A stretch of DNA of 64,000 nucleotides from Nemertoderma westbladi. Taxonomy: Eukaryota > Animalia > Xenacoelomorpha. The stretch lies in contig JAUCBJ010000011.1 of NCBI GenBank assembly GCA_032718475.1, positions 1 through 64,000 of the forward strand, in the 5' to 3' direction. The position numbers were made by a program, and so were the translations under genes. The notes beneath the pieces were generated by a model. That model was not told the DNA's origin. It was given only the letters and a program-made list of their open reading frames with translations, and made no database searches. Below, piece after piece: positions 57,893-64,000 of this stretch; the stretch's first letter is position 1; every line of letters starts with the position of its first letter.

Positions 57893-58659
57893 CTCACCGC
57901 CATGTCATCAGCAGAACAACTGGTCACCATTACCTATCTTATTCATATTACACTTAAACCAACTGATTTAGATATTATGGGCCTTTCTTATATCGAGTTA
58001 ACCAAGAAATTTACACGTATTTTATTTCGGAATGTATCTATATAAAAAATAATTCATTCAAATAAAAAGTATATAAGATAACTTTTGTAGAATCGATCAC
58101 GCCGAGTCCAAAGAAGTTGGTTTTAATAAATTTTGACAAAGATTGAGGGACTAGTAGCAATTTTAGCGAAATCTTTAAATCCGCCGCCAGCCGCTAGGGG
58201 GAGACTATATTGGCCTTCCATACAGTGGTTGGCCATGGCCATGTCAAAATAGCAATATTATCATTTAACACTAATAGACAGCCATTTAAAAAAGGTTCAT
58301 GGGGGGTTATAACCCCCCCCCCCCCCACCCCTTTGAGACTTTATAATCTAAATTACAACGTCTAAAAAGACGACGTGTAAAAAGTCGCTGAACCCGTTCG
58401 TTCAATTACGTCTATACAACCTACACGATATGGCGACCATATGGTCGCCATATGTATGATTATAGGGTGATATGGTGATTATAGGACATAGTATTGTACG
58501 TAGTTGTACTGCTAGTCTAAATCTGCCTGTCAGCCTACTAATTACTTTAAACTGATTCTGATTTTGATATTGGTTTTTTATTGATATTGTGGAATTCAAC
58601 GCCTAGTTGCACAGCAAAGCACAAAGCGACAGACCCTAGCAAAAAAGTAAAGAGAGAAT

Positions 58660-59859
58660 ATGTCCCACTCGCAACCGACTACGGGTGGGGGCCGCCGGTC
58701 AAGCATTGCTTCTGACCATCGGCAAAGTTCATCCGGATCTATACACACCACCATGCAGAAGAAACGGGAGGTTAAGTCAGCAAAGATAACACCTCCCGCT
58801 AACGTTGAAGCTGTTTCGGTACCTTCAAACCAAAGAAACGACGGTAGCGAAGAGATATAAGTTTGCTGCTCGGGTGCGAACTGCGAAATTTCGATGATAT
58901 GTATCGCCGCGAACGGAACAGACTTTGGCCGAGTTGACTTTTATTGTGGTCGATGTGTTGGGCGACGGTTGTCTCGAACATCAAAAGATTTAGAAGATTT
59001 GGAGTCTCGCATAGACGATAAACTTCTTGAATTTCAGCAACAACTTGATGTTGCTGAAGACAAGTCGACCAATATCGAAAAAAGTATAAATGACAACCGA
59101 CAACTAGTAAATACCAGACTTAAGGAAATGCGAGTTGAGATTGAGACCAGTGTGGAGGATCTACATGGGAAACTGGACGGACTTGATTCCCCCTCGATCT
59201 TAATAGATGATGGCGAATGGAATGAAGTCCCATCCTCCCGTAAGTCCAAACGCAGCAATAACTCCCACGAACCTTCTAATCTAGCTCTTCTTGCGCGCAG
59301 AGTTAAGGGTGAAGAAACAGAACAACAGCGTCGTAAAGATAATATTGTTGTTAGCGGAACCTCAGTAGAGGACGACGATAACCAGCTTGTGATTGATATT
59401 GCCAAATCTATACGCATTGAGTTGGTATCCACGGATATATCCACTAAACGGGTGGGTAAAATTAAAGATAACGGGACGCAAACAATGGTGGTCACCTTAT
59501 CTCCAAATATGAGAGCAACCTTACTTCGGAAATCGCGCGAGCTGCGTCAATCACAACGCTACAACAACGTATATATATCGCCCGATTACACTCCTGCCGA
59601 ATCCAATTATCAATACCAACTAAGAGAAGAACGCCGTAATCTACAGAAATCACATCCTGATAAACGTTGGGTTATATACAGGAGCGAAGTTATAGATGCT
59701 GCTAAACTGAACCATCGTAATGCGTCTCCTTACGGAACTCAGGGATCTCTACCAGTTCAAAAGGAAGTCCCTTCCAGCCACCGTTCTAAGACCATCTACA
59801 GATCTAAGGCGGCACAGCCATCCGTGACCCCTGTATCGCCATCCAAACGTGTAGACTGA
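58660..59859 (+). CDS. LINE ORF1 (Cys-rich motif, coiled coil, RRM-like/CTD); one in-frame TAA at 58858
   Basis: ORFs 58660-58860 and 58894-59859 share a frame; CC..C..C..FYCGRC, RKDNIVVSG, VYISPDYTPAE. Confidence 0.8.
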
Positions 59860-62800
59860 CTATCTGGCGAGTCTCCAGAAACTGACGGGTCTGAGGGAGC
59901 AGTCGAGTCTCCAGAGACTGTCGGGTCTGAGGGGGCGGTCGAGTCTCCAGAAACTGTCGGGTCTGAGGGAGCGGTCGAGTCTCCAGAGACTGTCGGGTCT
60001 CAGGGGGCGGTCGAGTCTCCAGAGACTATCGGGTCTGAGGGGGCGGTCGAGTCTCCAGAAACTGTCGGGTCTGAGGGAGCGGTCGAGTCTCCAGAGACTG
60101 TCGGGTCTCAGGGGGCGGTCGAGTCTCCAGAGACTGTCGGGTCTGAGGGGGCGGTCGAGTCTCCAGAAACTGTCGGGTCTGAGGGAGCGGTCGAGTCTCC
60201 AGAGACTGTCGGGTCTCAGGGGGCGGTCGAGTCTCCAGAGACTGTCGGGTCTGAGGGGGCGGTCGAGTCTCCAGAAACTGTCGGGTCTGAGGGAGCGGTC
60301 GAGTCTCCAGAGACTGTCGGGTCTCAAGGGGCGGTCGAGTCTCCAGAGACTATCGGGTCTGAGGGGGCGGTCGAGTCTCCAGAAACTGTCGGGTCTGAGG
60401 GAGCGGTCGAGTCTCCAGAGACTGTCGGGTCTGAGGGAGTGGTCGAGTCTCCAGAGACTGTCGGGTCTCAGGGGGCGGTCGAGTCTCCAGAGACTGTCGG
60501 GTCTGAGGGGGCGGTCGAGTCCCCAGAAACTGTTGGGTCTGAGGGAGCGGTCGAGTATCCAGAGGCTGTCGTGTCTCAGGGGGTGGTCGAGTCTCCAGAG
60601 ACTGTCGGATCTGAGGGAGCGGTCGAATCTCCAGAGAATGTCGTGTCTCAGGGGGCAGTCGAGTCTCCAGAGACTGTCGGATCTGAGGGAGCGGTCGAGT
60701 CTCCAGAGACTGTCGGGTCTCAGGGGGTGGTCAAGTCTCCAGACCCTATCGGGTCTGAGGGTGCGATCGAGTATCCAGAGACTGTCGGGTCTCAGGTGGC
60801 GGTCGAGTCTCCAGAGACTCTGCATACTGCATCCCATACCTCACCAGATGTGCCAATTATATCTCATGTCACTGCGAACTTATTGCTATATAATGCACGT
60901 AGTCTCCTCAATCTACACAGACGTAAAAGTTTAGCAAATTTAATTTTATTACATAATTATTGTATATTGTGTATAACTGAAACGTGGTTAACGACTGATA
61001 TCCTAGATAGTGAATTGTTTTTCTCAGGTTATAATTTAGTACGTACCGAGCGCGAAGTGAGTGAGAATGGGGTGTCTTCTCATGGTGGTGTCCTTATTGC
61101 AATAAAATCTGGGATTAACTACACCACGGAAGAGATCCCGGGTGCTTCTAAAACTCTTGCATCATCTGTTGCGATTTGTAAGTGCAATTTTAATGCTTGG
61201 CGTTGTTTAATTTTGTGCATATACAACCCCCCTGAAAAGAGCCCATATCGCTTACCCGTTACAGACTTCTTCACACTGTTTGAATACATACAATCGTGGA
61301 GAAGTCGTGTTGACGAAATTATTTTATGTGGAGACACTAATCTGCCACTAATAAATTGGGAATCACATTTTTCAGCTGACGATTATGAAAAGTCAATCTT
61401 ATCTTTTATTGATAAATACAACCTTAAACAGCACGTAACATTCCCTACTCGCGGCACTAATACCCTTGATGTTTTTATCACACTTACTGATACTACAGTT
61501 ATCAATACGGAAGTTGACAATAATCTTACCAGACAGTTGAATGCATATCAAATCAAATCGGATCATGACCCTGTCGTCTGCTTATTAGACCTACGACCTG
61601 TGAAGAGCACACAAACACAGCGCGAATATGATTCACATACGATGGTATATTACAGTTTTTGCAAAATCGACGTACTGAAAGCAACTCAAGTTTGCGCCGC
61701 ACATCCATTTGTGTTAGAATATCCTATAGTAGATAATGTGGTGGATTATGACTTGATTATTGAAAAGTGGTACAAATGGATATATAAAGTAATTGACAGT
61801 TGTGTACCAAAACGGACCATCCACAGGGCATCTCAACCACCATGGATTTCACAAAAAACATCCCACAAATTAAAACAGCTACATACAGTACAACGGAAAA
61901 TCGCTAAATATAAATCACCTGCACTTACATTACAGATGAAATTTGATCAACTCCAAAAAGACATTGAAAGTGACATTATAGAAGATCAAGCGCAGTATGA
62001 GACACGCCTTTCAAACTCGAGATCGATGAAACACTTATTTAAATACTTTAAAAGTCTCCGCAGATCATCACAACTACCACCAGTTTTGCATTACAGAAAT
62101 CACATTGCCTCCACGGACATTGAACAAGCTGAGCTTTTTAATGAATTTTTCCAATCTGTCTTTAAAACACCTCGACTACCTACTAGCAAGGTCTCCCCTC
62201 CAATTGATATTGTTGATCCCCCAAACTTCACAACGTCCAGCAACTATGATGTATCGGTAGAGACCGTGGAGAATATTCTGTCCGCTCTTGATGTTACTAA
62301 ATCCCGAGGACCAGATAATATTTCGCCTGGGTTTCTTAAATCGTTAGCGAAAGTCCTTGCACCTTCTTTGTCTACAATATTTAAAATACTGAAAAAAGTC
62401 AACTATTTTCCGATTTTGTGGAAACATGCGTTAGTAAATCCCCAACATAAAAATGGGAGTAAAATTAAAATAATTTTATACCGTCCGATTTCACTTCTCG
62501 CAATCCCAGGGAAAGTATTCGAACGGTGTATATTCATTGCGGTATATGAACAGGTGAGGGAGCGACTACACAACGCCCAACATGGCTTTAGAAAATGTAG
62601 ATCAACAATTACACAACTTCTTATTTTTTTGGATAATGTATACAAAGGTATGGATGATGGACAGTTGGCGGTGGAGACAGTTTACTTGGATTTTCAAAAA
62701 GCATTTGACTCAGTTAGCCACGAATCCCTACTTAAAAAGTTGTGGAGAATAGGAGTACGAGGAAATCTCTGGTATATTATTCGTAGTTATTTATCTGGAA

Positions 62801-63861
62801 GAACTCAATCTGTAAGGGTTGGCAAGGCGACATCCACCGCTAGAGACGTAGCTAGTGGCATGGCACAGGGATCTCTCCTGGGCCCCCTCCTTTTCCTCAT
62901 CGAGGACAATGACCTCCCCGAAGTCTGTGGTGTCAGCATCCCTTATCTTCTCGCAGATGACTGTAAATTAATGTCAATATCACCGATAAACGATACGATA
63001 AACACCCAACTCGATATTGATCAACTTGTTACTTGGGGTCTGGAAGCCGGGTTAGAATTTAATGAGTCGAAGTGTAAGCAGATAGTATTTCGTGGGGATA
63101 TTGAAGGGCGCAGTATAAACTCAAAATTAATATCGCGCGTTGATAAAGAAAAAGATTTGGGAATAACAATTACGTCTAATTTGTCCTGGACGGCGCATAT
63201 CAAGGAGAAATGTAAAAAGGGAAATAATGCATTTCAATTAATCCGAAGAAATTGTGCAGCAACACTTCCTATTCTGGCAAAGTTGAATTTGTATAAATCC
63301 ATGGTGTTACCCATAATTCTATATGGGTCGGCCTGCTGGTATCCAAACAAAACTGATTCCCATCTGGTAGAAAGCATCCAACGCAGAAGTACAATTTGGA
63401 TATTAGGCAGTGATGAGTATACATACAAAGAAAGACTATTAAAACTAAATGTACTACCAATATCTTTATACCTCCAATTATGTGACCTTCTAACACTATC
63501 AAAAATAATAAATAATAAATATGACATCGACTGGACCCAGCACATCAAAGTAAAGACGCACAATCGGGACAGGAATACTCGTAGTACAGATCACCTTACA
63601 TTCGATATATCGCAACCACGGAAATGCATTTCGAAGCAAAATTTTTGGTTCCGTGCGCCGCTTCTAGCTAATCAGTTACCATCGCGAACTGAATTTTTTA
63701 ACCATGTTGGACTAAAGGCTCGACTCCTAGACCTATTCTGGCGACACTTCCATAAACGATATGACGTAGATATCAACTGTACATGGAGATTAAACTGCGA
63801 TTGTGTCCAAATGAATTGTAATTTGTGTCTCCCGAATCTTGATGACCTACTCAACCCATAA
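59860..63861 (+). CDS. LINE ORF2: 12-aa repeat region, AP endonuclease and reverse transcriptase
   Basis: Open from the ORF1 stop. APE motifs YNARSL, ITETW, GGV, YNPP, GDTN, LD, SDH; RT motifs YRPISL, QHGF, LDFQKAFD, QGSLLGP, LADD, DLG. Confidence 0.92.
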   Translation, partial: LSGESPETDGSEGAVESPETVGSEGAVESPETVGSEGAVESPETVGSQGAVESPETIGSEGAVESPETVGSEGAVESPETVGSQGAVESPETVGSEGAVESPETVGSEGAVESPETVGSQGAVESPETVGSEGAVESPETVGSEGAVESPETVGSQGAVESPETIGSEGAVESPETVGSEGAVESPETVGSEGVVESPETVGSQGAVESPETVGSEGAVESPETVGSEGAVEYPEAVVSQGVVESPETVGSEGAVESPENVVSQGAVESPETVGSEGAVESPETVGSQGVVKSPDPIGSEGAIEYPETVGSQVAVESPETLHTASHTSPDVPIISHVTANLLLYNARSLLNLHRRKSLANLILLHNYCILCITETWLTTDILDSELFFSGYNLVRTEREVSENGVSSHGGVLIAIKSGINYTTEEIPGASKTLASSVAICKCNFNAWRCLILCIYNPPEKSPYRLPVTDFFTLFEYIQSWRSRVDEIILCGDTNLPLINWESHFSADDYEKSILSFIDKYNLKQHVTFPTRGTNTLDVFITLTDTTVINTEVDNNLTRQLNAYQIKSDHDPVVCLLDLRPVKSTQTQREYDSHTMVYYSFCKIDVLKATQVCAAHPFVLEYPIVDNVVDYDLIIEKWYKWIYKVIDSCVPKRTIHRASQPPWISQKTSHKLKQLHTVQRKIAKYKSPALTLQMKFDQLQKDIESDIIEDQAQYETRLSNSRSMKHLFKYFKSLRRSSQLPPVLHYRNHIASTDIEQAELFNEFFQSVFKTPRLPTSKVSPPIDIVDPPNFTTSSNYDVSVETVENILSALDVTKSRGPDNISPGFLKSLAKVLAPSLSTIFKILKKVNYFPILWKHALVNPQHKNGSKIKIILYRPISLLAIPGKVFERCIFIAVYEQVRERLHNAQHGFRKCRSTITQLLIFLDNVYKGMDDGQLAVETVYLDFQKAFDSVSHESLLKKLWRIGVRGNLWYIIRSYLSGRTQSVRVGKATSTARDVASGMAQGSLLGPLLFLIEDNDLPEVCGVSIPYLLADDCKLMSISPINDTINTQLDIDQLVTWGLEAGLEFNESKCKQIVFRGDIEGRSINSKLISRVDKEKDLGITITSNLSWTAHIKEKCKKGNNAFQLIRRNCAATLPILAKLNLYKSMVLPIILYGSACWYPNKTDSHLVESIQRRSTIWILGSDEYTYKERLLKLNVLPISLYLQLCDLLTLSKIINNKYDIDWTQHIKVKTHNRDRNTRSTDHLTFDISQPRKCISKQNFWFRAPLLANQLPSRTEFFNHVGLKARLLDLFWRHFHKRYDVDINCTWRLNCDCVQMNCNLCLPNLDDLLNP
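59869..60820 (+). repeat. 36-bp coding tandem repeat (~26 copies; ESPETVGSEGAV)
   Basis: Unit GAGTCTCCAGARACTGTCGGGTCTSAGGGRGCGGTC; frame preserved throughout. Confidence 0.95.
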
Positions 63862-64000
63862 TCATTAATCATAATCAAACGCCTTACTTAGACCTAAGTG
63901 TTGTTATTTTGATGTAAATCATTAACCATTTTAAGTAAATACTGTACATATATAATTTTAATGCAATCGTTTTATTTAAAAACCAAACCATTTTATATTT

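Larger units (their letters stand above)
58600..63960 (+). mobile_element. Near full-length CR1/L2-group LINE
   Basis: ORF1 plus APE-RT ORF2; exact ends and TSD not resolved. Confidence 0.9.

Noticed and set aside
58858-58860. TAA in LINE ORF1 as a regulatory uORF stop
   Set aside because: The Cys motif begins before the next ATG, so a point mutation in this copy is more likely.
59860-60837. 325-aa minus-strand ORF (LRPDSLWRLDR repeats)
   Set aside because: Antisense shadow of the 36-bp repeat; no independent support.

Overview
This is animal (invertebrate-type) genomic DNA, rich in transposons, with no prokaryotic features. There are three host genes, all nearly intron-free: a ClC-2-type chloride channel (minus strand, one GT-AG intron), SHPRH (one 4.65-kb ORF) and YIPF1/2 (one ORF). 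A 16.7-kb BEL/Pao LTR retrotransposon (7179-23858, minus strand) has 1178-bp LTRs, an AGGAC target-site duplication and a disabled gag-pol. It also has a ~4.7-kb region after pol carrying extra ORFs, one encoding a triple-CCHC zinc protein, and a duplicated stem-loop. It is inserted into a decayed gene (6240-7178 + 23864-25627) encoding a homologue of that same zinc protein. The rest comprises RTE fragments, many non-autonomous DNA transposons (ISL2EU-like with a YqaJ relic, P-like, hAT, Harbinger-like, Helentron-like), a 6.5-kb 30-bp satellite expanded inside a MITE, and a near full-length CR1/L2-group LINE. In that LINE, ORF1 and the AUG-less ORF2 lie in one frame joined by TGA-CTA and a 36-bp coding repeat, which suggests stop-codon readthrough. 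All family assignments come from motif recognition by eye; no searches were run.
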